Positions 48,804-59,325 are shown, counted from the stretch's first letter. The stretch is 64,000 nucleotides of DNA from Candidatus Cloacimonadales bacterium (GCA_963667035.1 OY762964.1:1568001-1632000), one strand, 5' to 3'. The notes: generated by a model from the letters alone, not told the origin. Program-made: numbers and translations.

Positions 48804-51434
48804 ATGAAAAAAGTGCTATCTTTTATGACATTTATGGTAATTGTGTTATCCATGTTTGGAGTTAACAATTATCTACAATTTAACGGACTAGATGATTATA
48901 TCAATTTTACCAATTCACCTTCATATTCTGAAACAATGACTATTGAAGCTTGGATTAAAACAACCAGTAATCAAGAAATAAATGATATAGTGTGTTGGGG
49001 AGACGCAGGCGGATATGATAATGTCCAATTTAGAACATGTGCCGGTAAGTTAGATTTTGGCACGCATCCTTATGGTGGTAATTGGATAAGTTGTCAAAGT
49101 TCTGCTACTGTGAACACCAATGAGTGGACACATGTCGCCGTAGTTAAAAATGACACATCGGTTCAACTATACATAAACGGTATTGCCGACGGCTCAGGAG
49201 TTAACGCCAACTCAATGAACGTTAACTATATGCTGATTGGGAAGTACGTAAATGGCGAAAACTATTATGACGGAAATATAGACGAATTAAGAATATGGAA
49301 TGATGTACGTACTCAAACAGAAATTCGCCAAAATATGTATAAAGAGATTTCTAATCCATCTTCAGAAGGTAATTTGGTTGCTTACTACAAGTTTAATGAA
49401 GCATTCGGAACTACATTAACTGATTCCAAATCTACTAACAATGGTACATTAATCAATTTGGCCGGTAATGAATGGGTAACTTCTCCTGCTATGTTTGGTC
49501 CAAGAAACAGTTTATATTTTAACGGAATAAACAATTACGTTAGTTTTGCTAATAATCCTCCTTATTCAGAAGTCATGACTATTGAGGCTTGGATTAAAAC
49601 AACCAACTCTCATGATGTAAATGATATTGTTTGTTGGGGAAACACAGGTAGAACAGACAATGTTCAAGTTAGAACAAGTAGTGGTAAATTTGAGTTTGGC
49701 TCTGATCCTGAAAGTGGAAGTTGGGTAAGCTGTAGAGGTTCAATTGATGTAAATACAAACGAATGGACACATGTGGCTGCTGTAAAGAATAACAGCTCAA
49801 TTCAATTGTATGTAAACGGACTTGAAGATGGAACAGGTATAAACACAAACTCAATGATTATTAACTATATGTTGATTGGTAAGTATGTTAATGATGAATT
49901 CTACTTTAACGGTGAGATGGATGAAGTTAGAATATGGAATACTGCTCGTACTGCTAACCAAATACGTGAGAATATGTGTAAGTCGATAACCGGAAGCGAA
50001 GCAAATCTTTTAGCATATTATAATTTTAATAACCTTTCAGGTTCTATTCTTCAGGATTTATCAAGTAATGCTTATGATGGATCACTTGTTGATATGGGGG
50101 ATGGAAACTGGACAACATCTATTGCTTTCAATCAATGGTTAAACACAGATTCATCAGCTTGGGCAACAAACTCTAATTGGTCAAACGGAGTACCGTCAGT
50201 GTTTGATAATATCGGAATCTTTAATTATGATGTAGAACCCGTTATTACAGGAACTCCATCTTGTGATAATATCTATATTGGAAGTGGTGCTTCAGTTAAC
50301 TTGAATTCAAACATGACTGTTTATGGGAACATGATTTTAGATAACAACATGGATTTGAACGGTCAAACCATTGTTTTAGGAGAACAAGCAACATTAATAG
50401 AGAATAATGGACATTTATATGGTGAGTTAGGTCAAATCCAAACTACTCGTTCTCTTTCCAATATTAATGATAATGTTGCAGGACTAGGTGCTGTCATTAC
50501 TGAAGATGGTAATTTAGGAACCACAACCATTATCAGAGGACACAAAGCTCAAGGACATCAAGGAATAGACAGATACTATCAAATCAATACACAAAACAAT
50601 CCTACTGCCGCTACATTAGTGTTTAACTATCTCGATTCCGAGTTAAACGGTCAAAATGAGTCAATAATCAAGTTATTCAAATCAACCGATGGAGTTGAGT
50701 GGATAGAGCAGGATAGTGAATTAAATGCAGCGAACAACACAATTACCCTTACAGGTATCGATAGCTTCTCATACTGGTCAGCAGGACAAGCAGGTGCCGG
50801 TGAAGCTCTTCCTATTACACTCTCATCATTTACCGTTAGTCTTTACAACCATCTTCCTACCCTTAGCTGGACTACTGAGTCAGAAAGTAACAATCTTGGT
50901 TGGAATGTATACAGAGCTAACTCAAATGATTTAGCTCAAACAATAAGAATCAATGAAGAATTCATTCATGGTTCAGGAAATACATCAGAGCAAACACAGT
51001 ATACTTACTATGATAATGAGCCGATTGTTACAGGTGAAGAGTATTACTATTGGATAGAGTCGGTTGGTTTCGGTAATGAAATCAAATACCACGGTCCCAT
51101 TAGTATATTGGTAGGTTCAGAGCAACCTGGTGAAGATAATCCTGAAGTAAGTAAAGAATTCGGTCTATTCCCTAACTACCCTAATCCTTTTAATCCAAGT
51201 ACAACAATCAGTTTTGCTTCCGAGAAGAGTGGAAATTGTGAGTTAACTGTATATGACCTAAGAGGAAGAAGAGTTAAGACTTTATTCTCAGGTCATGTAA
51301 ACGCTGAAGTAACTAATTCAATCGTTTGGAATGGCGATGATGATAACAATAAGAAAGTAGCATCAGGTATCTATTTCTATAGACTTACAGGAAATGGTAA
51401 AACCGTTAACCGTAAGATGATATTAATGAAATAG
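48804..51434 (+). CDS. Secreted 2xLamG protein with FlgD-Ig/T9SS type-A-like C-terminus (paralog)
   Basis: Start ATG 48804 after AAGGAG (MKKVLSFMTF signal peptide); two mutually similar LamG repeats. Confidence 0.88.
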   Translation: MKKVLSFMTFMVIVLSMFGVNNYLQFNGLDDYINFTNSPSYSETMTIEAWIKTTSNQEINDIVCWGDAGGYDNVQFRTCAGKLDFGTHPYGGNWISCQSSATVNTNEWTHVAVVKNDTSVQLYINGIADGSGVNANSMNVNYMLIGKYVNGENYYDGNIDELRIWNDVRTQTEIRQNMYKEISNPSSEGNLVAYYKFNEAFGTTLTDSKSTNNGTLINLAGNEWVTSPAMFGPRNSLYFNGINNYVSFANNPPYSEVMTIEAWIKTTNSHDVNDIVCWGNTGRTDNVQVRTSSGKFEFGSDPESGSWVSCRGSIDVNTNEWTHVAAVKNNSSIQLYVNGLEDGTGINTNSMIINYMLIGKYVNDEFYFNGEMDEVRIWNTARTANQIRENMCKSITGSEANLLAYYNFNNLSGSILQDLSSNAYDGSLVDMGDGNWTTSIAFNQWLNTDSSAWATNSNWSNGVPSVFDNIGIFNYDVEPVITGTPSCDNIYIGSGASVNLNSNMTVYGNMILDNNMDLNGQTIVLGEQATLIENNGHLYGELGQIQTTRSLSNINDNVAGLGAVITEDGNLGTTTIIRGHKAQGHQGIDRYYQINTQNNPTAATLVFNYLDSELNGQNESIIKLFKSTDGVEWIEQDSELNAANNTITLTGIDSFSYWSAGQAGAGEALPITLSSFTVSLYNHLPTLSWTTESESNNLGWNVYRANSNDLAQTIRINEEFIHGSGNTSEQTQYTYYDNEPIVTGEEYYYWIESVGFGNEIKYHGPISILVGSEQPGEDNPEVSKEFGLFPNYPNPFNPSTTISFASEKSGNCELTVYDLRGRRVKTLFSGHVNAEVTNSIVWNGDDDNNKKVASGIYFYRLTGNGKTVNRKMILMK
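50358..51420 (+). repeat. About 1.06-kb near-identical repeat, copy 2
   Basis: Matches 47363-48425. Confidence 0.92.
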
Positions 51435-51465
51435 GGTTAGTATAGCTTTTTAGCAAACCTTTATC

Positions 51466-51491
51466 AAAAGCCCGGCATTTGTCGGGCTTTT
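51466..51491 (+). terminator. Intrinsic terminator
   Basis: AAAAGCCCGGCA-tt-TGTCGGGCTTTT. Confidence 0.8.
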
Positions 51492-51559
51492 ATGTTTTAC
51501 AGTTTCTTTACTATTTTATCCAATTAAATCTAATCTGCTCACATTATGCCTAAATTCAA

Positions 51560-51668
51560 CTCTCGGGAACCTGACGTGATTTACTGAGGAATTTGCCGGG
51601 AATTTCTCGGGTAAAGTCCCGAGTGATTCCCGTGTGAGTCCCGTGAGATTCCCGAGTAAGTCCCGGGT
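51560..51668. repeat. 11-bp-phased inverted repeat tract (CGGGA/TCCCG cores)
   Basis: CGGGA-like at 51564, 51575, 51586, 51597, 51608; TCCCG at 51617, 51628, 51639, 51650, 51661. Confidence 0.85.
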
Positions 51669-51850
51669 ATTGAATTGGGACATAAGAATAGAAGTGAACT
51701 CTTAGAATTTATTGAAATAATGTCACTAAACTCTTCATAATCATGTAAGTTACGTAGTATTTTCCTTGGTAAAACTTTGACCTTCCTTGGGTGGATACCT
51801 TTAAGAGTGACGTGCCAATATGTGAAATTATATGAAATGCATATATAAAA

Positions 51851-51926
<76 letters not shown>

Positions 51927-52012
51927 TCTATGAAGTTAAGGTTCTATTAAGTGTTTCCGATGTCAATCAAATATTTTGTTTCTTGTAAAATCTCCGAATA
52001 ACTGCATAAATA

Positions 52013-52044
52013 AAACACGAATCAGCAGTAGCTAATCCGTGTTT
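52013..52044 (-). terminator. Probable terminator after the response regulator
   Basis: AAACACG...CGTGTTT inverted repeat. Confidence 0.55.
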
Positions 52045-52076
52045 CTATATTTTATATAATGTGATTTAGTATGGGT

Positions 52077-52526
52077 TTAATCCATATGCTGAGGCAATTT
52101 AACAATTTGAAGCCAATATTCTTCAAGTCTGGCAATAACATCAAAGAATCTGTCGAATTCAACAGGTTTTGTGATGAATGAGCTGACTCCAAGGTCGTAA
52201 CTTCTTAAGATATCTTCTTCCTGACTGGATGTAGTGAAAACAATTATAGTCATATATTTGAATTTAGAGTCTTTACGCAACATTTCAAGTACTTGACGAC
52301 CATCAATTTTTGGCATATTCAAATCAAGAAGCATTATATCCGGAAAAGGTGATGAAGCAGGATCTTCAAACTGATTTCTTCTATACAGATAGTCTAACGC
52401 TTCTTCTCCATTGTTAACAATGTGTAATTCATTAAGCAGCTTGCCTGATTCTAGAGCACGCTTTGTTAGATTTTGGTCGGCAATATCATCTTCAGCAAGT
52501 AAAATTACTGCAGGTCTTTTACTCAT
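52077..52526 (-). CDS. Single-domain response regulator (Rcp1-like)
   Basis: LLAEDD, LLDLNMPKIDG, FITKP, YWL. Confidence 0.92.
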   Translation of the reverse strand: MSKRPAVILLAEDDIADQNLTKRALESGKLLNELHIVNNGEEALDYLYRRNQFEDPASSPFPDIMLLDLNMPKIDGRQVLEMLRKDSKFKYMTIIVFTTSSQEEDILRSYDLGVSSFITKPVEFDRFFDVIARLEEYWLQIVKLPQHMD

Positions 52527-53941
52527 TTAATCTCCTTCATCTCGTTGATTGTGAATTTAAAATGGGTGTACAAATTTTCTTCCGATTCGACCCATATCTT
52601 TCCATTGTGCTTTTCTACTATCTTTTGACATATAGCTAAACCTATTCCGGTTCCCGGATATTCATATCTGCTATGCAGTCTTTTAAAAGGTTGGAATATC
52701 TGTTGTCTATATTCCTCTTTGATTCCGATACCGTTATCTTTAACTCCAAGAATATACTTATCATCGATGTGTTCACAAGTAATCTCAATGACAGGTTGTT
52801 CCTTATTGGAGAATTTCAAAGCATTCTGTATCAGGTTTTGGAATACTAAAGATATCAGAATAGGGTCACCTATTATATTAGGTAGTTCTGTTTTTATGAT
52901 TTTAGCATTTGTTTGATTAATTCTATCGTTCATTAGAACAAGTACCTTATCGACAGTATCTTGTAGATTTACGGTATTAATATCAAGTTCACTTCTCCCT
53001 GTGCGTGAAAAAGATAATAAATCTTGAATGAGTCTTTGCATTCTTGAGGCAGCATCAACTATGTATTCAATGTCCATCTTGGCATTATCATTTAAGTCAT
53101 TACCGATATCCTTCTCAAGCAGAGAAGAGAAGGATATAAGCTTTCTGAGCGGTTCTTGTAAATCATGACTTGCTATATAGGTAAACTCATCCAGTTCCTT
53201 ATTCTTTTTTAACAGAGAGGAGTTTAAGTCTATAAGCTCTCTCTCCCTAAAGTCAACTCTTTTTGCCATTTCAGAGAATGACTCTATCAAATGGCCAATC
53301 TCATCTTCTTTAAGATCAGGTATATCTAGAATGAAATTCCCCTGAGTTACACTGTTAACGTATTCTTCCATATCACTGAGAGGTAGCATCATTTTCCTAT
53401 GTAGCATTAGCACCCAGAACATAATTATCAAGCTTAAGAGAGCTACTACGGATATAAAAGCTGCATGAACAAGTTTGCTATAAAATACATGTTTATGATC
53501 AATTAAATGTCTAAGTCTTTTAGCAGTAGCTCTTACTTCCACATTGATTAGGAAGAAGTTGGAAACAAAGTAATCATAAGAAGTTTCTGTTACGGAGGAA
53601 TGACTTAACTCGGTAAAAGATGATCTTAAAGCATAGTATTGCTTTTCCAATTGTTCATACTCTTCATGTCCTATATCTGTATCCTTCAGATTTAAAATTG
53701 TTTGCTCCATCTGGTGATGCTTAACGACCCATTGAAAACTAGCCCTTGGATTCTTAAATAGAACATATTCCATAGATAGATCCGATAACAATGCTAAATC
53801 TAATTGAGCTTGCTCAATATGTTTTAATGAATGGTATAATTTACTAAGCCTAATCTTTATAGTGATTATACCTGTAATGGAGATAAGCAGGACTGCTAAT
53901 GTAACAAAGACATTTAGCTTAAGGATTGTTCTAATCTTCAT
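52523..53941 (-). CDS. Membrane HAMP sensor histidine kinase (Cph1-like kinase core)
   Basis: 2 TM helices, HAMP, ASHDLQEPLR, NLIQNALKF, DNGIGI, GTGIGL. Confidence 0.92.
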   Translation of the reverse strand: MKIRTILKLNVFVTLAVLLISITGIITIKIRLSKLYHSLKHIEQAQLDLALLSDLSMEYVLFKNPRASFQWVVKHHQMEQTILNLKDTDIGHEEYEQLEKQYYALRSSFTELSHSSVTETSYDYFVSNFFLINVEVRATAKRLRHLIDHKHVFYSKLVHAAFISVVALLSLIIMFWVLMLHRKMMLPLSDMEEYVNSVTQGNFILDIPDLKEDEIGHLIESFSEMAKRVDFRERELIDLNSSLLKKNKELDEFTYIASHDLQEPLRKLISFSSLLEKDIGNDLNDNAKMDIEYIVDAASRMQRLIQDLLSFSRTGRSELDINTVNLQDTVDKVLVLMNDRINQTNAKIIKTELPNIIGDPILISLVFQNLIQNALKFSNKEQPVIEITCEHIDDKYILGVKDNGIGIKEEYRQQIFQPFKRLHSRYEYPGTGIGLAICQKIVEKHNGKIWVESEENLYTHFKFTINEMKEIK

Positions 53942-54954
53942 TTTTTTATAATTGTTACCCTTTCTTGAATTATGGTTTTCATTATTTCCGGTCTCATTAC
54001 TTCTAGTAACTCCGGTACTTGATCATTCGCAATGCCTTGTTTCTCGGAAAGCCATCGCTTCTCCGAGTCCATAATTACTATTAAGTTCTGAGGAAATGTG
54101 AGGAACAATCTTTCATTGTTCAGATTCTCTTTAACTTGCTCAATAGAAGTCTTGGTGTAATCGCTGAGAAGTTGGATTGATGAATCGGTATTTTTTTGAA
54201 AGTACATCTCTGCTGAATACAGAGATTTAAGAAACTTCTTTGTGTTATCAAGATTCTCATCAAGCCATTGATTACTACTTACAAGTATGAAATAGAAATC
54301 TTGATTCTGCTGTGCATCAAACTTGATTGTTTTATCCGGCATAGCACTTTCTATCATAGAAATATTTGGTTCCCATAATGTTGTAGCATCTATGGAGCCG
54401 TTAGCCATTGAAGTTATAATCTGACTAGGTTCCATATCAGTTAATAATACATCATTTAGGGATAAGTCATGGTTATTGAGTAGTCTACCTAGATAATATT
54501 CGGCTATGCTTCCCACTTTAACAGCAACTCTTTTATTCTTTAAATTAGCAATACTTTCGATACCTGCATCTGTTCTTGCTATAAGCCAGTTGAGCTTTGC
54601 TTTCGCAAATGAACCTATAACACAATTATCCGAAGTAGTACAGTGAGTCATGCTGTCTTTTACAAAAACAAACTCAGAACAGGAAGCAATATCTGCATCA
54701 CCTTTATCCACGGCGTCCAATGCTGCTTTTCCCGAGCTATAGTTAGTAATCTCTACATGCAATCCATTGTCGGTGAAAATCCCCATTTGATCTGCAATAA
54801 AGATTAGACCGGAGACATCTCCTTTATAAGCGGCAACCCTGATTGTATGCGTTAAGTTATCTTTAGATTTTGTCTTTGAAATGATGAGAATTAGCAGTAG
54901 GACTAAGATGATTATGATTACTAGAAGAGATATGTATTTGATATTTCTTTTCAT
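53938..54954 (-). CDS. SsuA/NitT/TauT-family substrate-binding protein
   Basis: N-terminal TM anchor; LKNKRVAV, IDATTLWEP. Confidence 0.8.
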   Translation of the reverse strand: MKRNIKYISLLVIIIILVLLLILIISKTKSKDNLTHTIRVAAYKGDVSGLIFIADQMGIFTDNGLHVEITNYSSGKAALDAVDKGDADIASCSEFVFVKDSMTHCTTSDNCVIGSFAKAKLNWLIARTDAGIESIANLKNKRVAVKVGSIAEYYLGRLLNNHDLSLNDVLLTDMEPSQIITSMANGSIDATTLWEPNISMIESAMPDKTIKFDAQQNQDFYFILVSSNQWLDENLDNTKKFLKSLYSAEMYFQKNTDSSIQLLSDYTKTSIEQVKENLNNERLFLTFPQNLIVIMDSEKRWLSEKQGIANDQVPELLEVMRPEIMKTIIQERVTIIKK

Positions 54955-54961
54955 AGAATGC

Positions 54962-55393
54962 CTATTCCTTCTCTTGTATCCAGTTTTCCCGTAAAGAGAT
55001 AAATGTCTTTAGGAAATCTTCAAAACAGATTGGTTTTGTTGCAAAGAAATTAACCCCTAAATCGTATGTTTTAAACTTATCTCGACTATACTCTGAAGTG
55101 GTAAAAACTATAATGACTAAATCATTGAAATATGAATCTTTTCTAACAGCTTCAAGGACTTGGAAGCCATCTACTTTAGGCATATTTAAATCTAAAAACA
55201 TTAAATCCGGTCGAGGATGTTTAGAGGAATTAGAATATTTTTCTCTATGGTATAAGTAATCCAGAGCTTCTTCTCCATTATCAACAAAAAATAACTCATC
55301 ATCAAAGTCACTTTTCTCTAGTGCTCTCTTTATAAGTTCTTGATCAGCCGGATCATCTTCAACAATTAACAGCTTGGCTTTTCTTTTTGGCAT
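54962..55393 (-). CDS. Single-domain response regulator (Rcp1-like)
   Basis: IVEDD, FLDLNMPKVDG, ATKP. Confidence 0.9.
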   Translation of the reverse strand: MPKRKAKLLIVEDDPADQELIKRALEKSDFDDELFFVDNGEEALDYLYHREKYSNSSKHPRPDLMFLDLNMPKVDGFQVLEAVRKDSYFNDLVIIVFTTSEYSRDKFKTYDLGVNFFATKPICFEDFLKTFISLRENWIQEKE

Positions 55394-55595
55394 TGAGACT
55401 CCTTAGGAAGCTGAGAAACAATGGTTATGGGGGAAATTTATATCAAACCCGAAATTACCTCCAACGAATAACATGTATATAATATGCATGAAATCAATTA
55501 TGTCAATATATTCCTTTGTTGAAAAAGACGATTTTATTCTGAAAATAAAAAAGCAGAGTATTTCTACTCTGCTTTCGGATGAAATCATATCTTAT

Positions 55596-56087
55596 TTAGA
55601 AAGGTTCAAATCTATTGAATCTCCAATATATCTCTTCAGCATCTTTTTGGATTTTTATTAGTTCATCATAGTGCTTCATCTCCCAATCAGCTAAGATATG
55701 GAAGAAATCACTAAGAGCTTTAACATCTTTAGTATCTTTTGCACATTGCTGATAATAATCAATACCATTCTTCTCTAACAATACGGCAGTTGAAATAGCA
55801 GAAAACAGGAATTGGTCTTCACTTATTCTTTTTACAAAGTTTTCGGAAATAGCAGGGCTAATAGCCGGATCTTTTAATTCAATGTCTGCAATATCGCCCA
55901 TACCATCCATGGCATCATAGTAGCTTAAAAGGAAATTGTAATGTTTCTTCTCCTCTTCTGCTCTATCTAAAAAGAATTTCTTCACTTCTTGGTCTTCTGT
56001 TTTAGAAGCGGCATTCTCATACAATGTAACAGAATCCATTTCTGCTTTCATTCCACCTCTAATTGCTTTTAGCATCATTTCTTTCAT
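55596..56087 (-). CDS. Rubrerythrin/ferritin-like di-iron protein
   Basis: E..Y, EEKKH, E...YY, WEMKH. Confidence 0.85.
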   Translation of the reverse strand: MKEMMLKAIRGGMKAEMDSVTLYENAASKTEDQEVKKFFLDRAEEEKKHYNFLLSYYDAMDGMGDIADIELKDPAISPAISENFVKRISEDQFLFSAISTAVLLEKNGIDYYQQCAKDTKDVKALSDFFHILADWEMKHYDELIKIQKDAEEIYWRFNRFEPF

Positions 56088-56161
56088 ATAATACCTCCAA
56101 ACTTAACTCTACTATAGTTTATAGCAATTAGTCATAAAACCAATAATTAATCACAAAATGA

Positions 56162-56800
56162 TTAATGATTTATTATAAATAGCTCTCTCTTAGGTCTGGA
56201 TTTGATTTCCTGAATAATATCGACAAACTTAGCAAGCTCTTGAGTAAGCTTATCACTGCTTTCGTTATTCATAATAACATAGTCAGATAGAGCTTTCTTC
56301 TTCTCTATGCTGATTTGAGAATTAAGAATATTGATGGCACTACTCTCATCGATATTACGATTCACTACGAGTCTGACTAACTGAGTAGCTTTGGAAGCAT
56401 ATACAAGTACGTTGTAATCAAAACATTCCTGCAACTCAGCTTCAAAAAGTAGAGGAACTTCAAAGAAACAATATTTCTGTTCACAAGAATCGTATAACAC
56501 CTGCATTTCTTTTAGAATCAGAGGGTGTAGAAGATTGTTTAGTTGTAAACGTAGAGATTTGTTTTTAAAGACTAAATTACCCAATATTGTTCTGTCAATG
56601 GAGTTGTTTACTAAAATTGAATTACCAAACAAATCCGCAATATCTTTCTGAACTGAAGTCTTATTATAAAGTGCGTGAGTAATAGAATCAGCAGAATATA
56701 CTTGAAAGTTCATGTCTCTGAGCATGCTACAGAATGTGGATTTACCTGTAGCCACTCCTCCGGTGATTGAGATTAATATTGCTTTGTCAGATGATTGCAT
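56162..56800 (-). CDS. coaE: Dephospho-CoA kinase
   Basis: ITGGVATGKST, HPLI, EVPLLFE; probable start ATG 56800. Confidence 0.92.
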   Translation of the reverse strand: MQSSDKAILISITGGVATGKSTFCSMLRDMNFQVYSADSITHALYNKTSVQKDIADLFGNSILVNNSIDRTILGNLVFKNKSLRLQLNNLLHPLILKEMQVLYDSCEQKYCFFEVPLLFEAELQECFDYNVLVYASKATQLVRLVVNRNIDESSAINILNSQISIEKKKALSDYVIMNNESSDKLTQELAKFVDIIQEIKSRPKRELFIINH

Positions 56801-57530
56801 CTTTGAGTTTATGATGAAGTTCTTCGGAAGAAATGTTTCTATTGAGTTTACCATTGAAAGCATACGAAATGTTACCTGTTTCTTCAGAGATAATGATAAC
56901 AAAAGCATCAGTGACATCAGAAATCCCGACACCTGCTAAATGACGAGTTCCATGCTTTTCTTTAGTGAAATCATCATTCCCGAGAGGTAGGATAACTTTT
57001 GCAGCAACAATTCTATCTTTTCTAACAATTATAGCTCCGTCATGCAGTTTGGACTGTGGAGAAAATATGTTGTTAACAATTGGTAATGACAGTTTAGCAT
57101 CAAGTTCCACACCACTGGTAATATAATCATTCAGACGTCTCTTATTCTCAATCACAAAGATTGCACCAATACGTTGACTGGCAAGAGCAGTAACAGATTC
57201 AAGTAGCTCGAAGTAAAAATCCTTATCTTTCTTGGTTCCTGTATTCTCCCATATTCTGGAAATACCACTTTTAGTAAAAAACTTCCTTATCTCAGGCTGG
57301 AATATAATAAGGATAATCACTAGCCAATAATCTTTAATGTTTCTTAGTAGTGAGGAGAACATTCTTAAGTGAAGTAAGTTTGCTAGGAAGAATAGAACTA
57401 CTACAGCAATCACTCCGAAAACAAAGTACCAATAACTTGTTTGCTTCGTTAGATTCAAGAACAGGAATATAACTCCACCTATCAAGAGTATATCGACTAA
57501 ATCAATCAAAGATGGTAGAAGCAGACCCAT
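56787..57530 (-). CDS. dacA: Diadenylate cyclase (CdaA/DacA)
   Basis: 3 TM helices, FQPEIR, LHDGA, GTRH, SEETG. Confidence 0.92.
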   Translation of the reverse strand: MGLLLPSLIDLVDILLIGGVIFLFLNLTKQTSYWYFVFGVIAVVVLFFLANLLHLRMFSSLLRNIKDYWLVIILIIFQPEIRKFFTKSGISRIWENTGTKKDKDFYFELLESVTALASQRIGAIFVIENKRRLNDYITSGVELDAKLSLPIVNNIFSPQSKLHDGAIIVRKDRIVAAKVILPLGNDDFTKEKHGTRHLAGVGISDVTDAFVIIISEETGNISYAFNGKLNRNISSEELHHKLKDAII

Positions 57531-57535
57531 ATTAA

Positions 57536-58591
57536 TTATCCTTTGTTTATAGATGCATACACTTTAAGGTATTGCATGTTATCGGAAACATCATGAACTC
57601 TTATGTATTGAATAGAATTATCGTAGGCAAGTGAAGTAGTTACTAATGTTCCGGGAACTCTCGCAGTAGGAGTTGAAGGATATATCTTATTAATGAAGCT
57701 CTTCCTGCTTGCTCCCAATAACACTTCACATCCGAAGGAATGGAGTATTGATAAATACCTCAACAGATTTGTGTTGTCTTCTTGTTTTTTTCCAAACCCG
57801 ATCCCGGGATCAACTATTATTCTGTCTTTAACTATTCCATGTAAAAGGCAAAACTCAATTCGCTCTTCAAAGAAACTTATAATATCCTCAACTATATTAT
57901 CATATTCAGGACTATTCTGCATTGTCTCCGGGTTTCCTAACATGTGCATTAATACGATCTTTGTTTGAGGATTGCTCTTAAGCACTTCAATCATATCATT
58001 ATCAAAGCGTAGAGCACTTATATCGTTGATTATTAATGCTCCTGAATTTGTCGCTTCTTCCGCAACTTTAGCTTTGTATGTATCTACTGATACGACTATT
58101 TCATTCTGCTCAAGAATATCTTTAACAACAGGAACCACACGTTTAAGTTCCTCGCCTAAGCCAACTTTCTCAGCTCCCGGTCTTGTGGATTCACCACCAA
58201 TATCTATAATACCGGCACCATGTTTAACAAGCTTTTCAGCATGTTGCAAAGCAGTTGTTCTTGATAGATATTTGTTCCCGTCACTGAATGAGTCGGGAGT
58301 AATGTTTAGAATTCCCATGATAACTGGGATTGATTTATCCCTTATCCCTAACAATTCTTTAATTATATTGACTTTTATATCAGTATATTTAATTAAATCT
58401 CTATAGTTGGTTATGGTAACCAATGAAAAGTATCTCTCGGAATGGAATACAGATTCCGTACAAAGTTTATACCTACTGACAATATTCAAACCGATTAATC
58501 TTGAAGCTACCGCAAATTCAATCCTGGAATTGAATAACTCAAAGTAATTCTTCACATCACTAATAGTATTAAACTTGATTATGTAGTTCAT
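57536..58591 (-). CDS. folP: Dihydropteroate synthase with N-terminal extension
   Basis: MGILNITPDSFSDG, GGESTRPG, DPGIGFGK, SRKS, RVHDV. Confidence 0.95.
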   Translation of the reverse strand: MNYIIKFNTISDVKNYFELFNSRIEFAVASRLIGLNIVSRYKLCTESVFHSERYFSLVTITNYRDLIKYTDIKVNIIKELLGIRDKSIPVIMGILNITPDSFSDGNKYLSRTTALQHAEKLVKHGAGIIDIGGESTRPGAEKVGLGEELKRVVPVVKDILEQNEIVVSVDTYKAKVAEEATNSGALIINDISALRFDNDMIEVLKSNPQTKIVLMHMLGNPETMQNSPEYDNIVEDIISFFEERIEFCLLHGIVKDRIIVDPGIGFGKKQEDNTNLLRYLSILHSFGCEVLLGASRKSFINKIYPSTPTARVPGTLVTTSLAYDNSIQYIRVHDVSDNMQYLKVYASINKG

Positions 58592-59325
58592 TAATTTACC
58601 TGATAGATAAAGGTTATCTTACCTTTTATCGGTTTTTCCTGTCCTACAGCATTGAATTTCCATTCTTTAAGAGCATTAACACTTAATGTCTCCATTTCAG
58701 GGAAAGCTTTCTTTAAAACTATGATATTCGATACTGAGCCATCGGGGTTGACTTGGAATTCCAGTGTAACTTTAGCATTCTTTCTAATGTTCTTCGGATA
58801 TTCAGGAATCTTTTTTGTCAGTACCTGTCTCATAAGAACGTCACCTTCAAGTAAGAAGGGAGAATTATCTCTATGATTTCCTTTAACAGATTCTACAAAC
58901 TTTTCAAGATACTTACTCTTAACTTCCATTTGAGGGTTGTAGTCTCTCATTTCCTGTCTTTTTATCTCAGGCGTTTCTTCCGCCGATCTTTTAAACAAGT
59001 CACTTTTATCGAATCTGTTTCTGCTTCTTATTAAATCATCAATTGAAAGGTCATCAGCCATATTCGTTAGTGTTTTAGCAGAATAATCTTCTTCGACTTG
59101 AGCATTACTGAATTTCTGCTCTTCTTGACTCACACGTTCTTGGTCCTGGTGATAACCTTTGGGTAAATTGACTTCATCTGACAAGTCAAATTCCCATATC
59201 TGCATATCACTGCTTGCTGAGGCCGGGAAAGCTCCGAATTTAATGAGTGAACCAACCAAGAACAGTAGCAGGTGTAAAGCTACTGAATATATCAATCCCT
59301 TCTTAATATAAGCATCACTGAGCAT
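58591..59325 (-). CDS. tonB: Energy transducer TonB
   Basis: SVALH TM motif; C-terminal PEYP...V.LEF.V..DGSV...W.F. Confidence 0.85.
   Translation of the reverse strand: MLSDAYIKKGLIYSVALHLLLFLVGSLIKFGAFPASASSDMQIWEFDLSDEVNLPKGYHQDQERVSQEEQKFSNAQVEEDYSAKTLTNMADDLSIDDLIRSRNRFDKSDLFKRSAEETPEIKRQEMRDYNPQMEVKSKYLEKFVESVKGNHRDNSPFLLEGDVLMRQVLTKKIPEYPKNIRKNAKVTLEFQVNPDGSVSNIIVLKKAFPEMETLSVNALKEWKFNAVGQEKPIKGKITFIYQVN

Noticed and set aside
47363..51420. Diversity-generating retroelement TR/VR pair
   Set aside because: The repeat is over 1 kb and coding in both copies; differences include C/A, G/A and T/C changes not confined to adenines of one copy; no reverse transcriptase in the window
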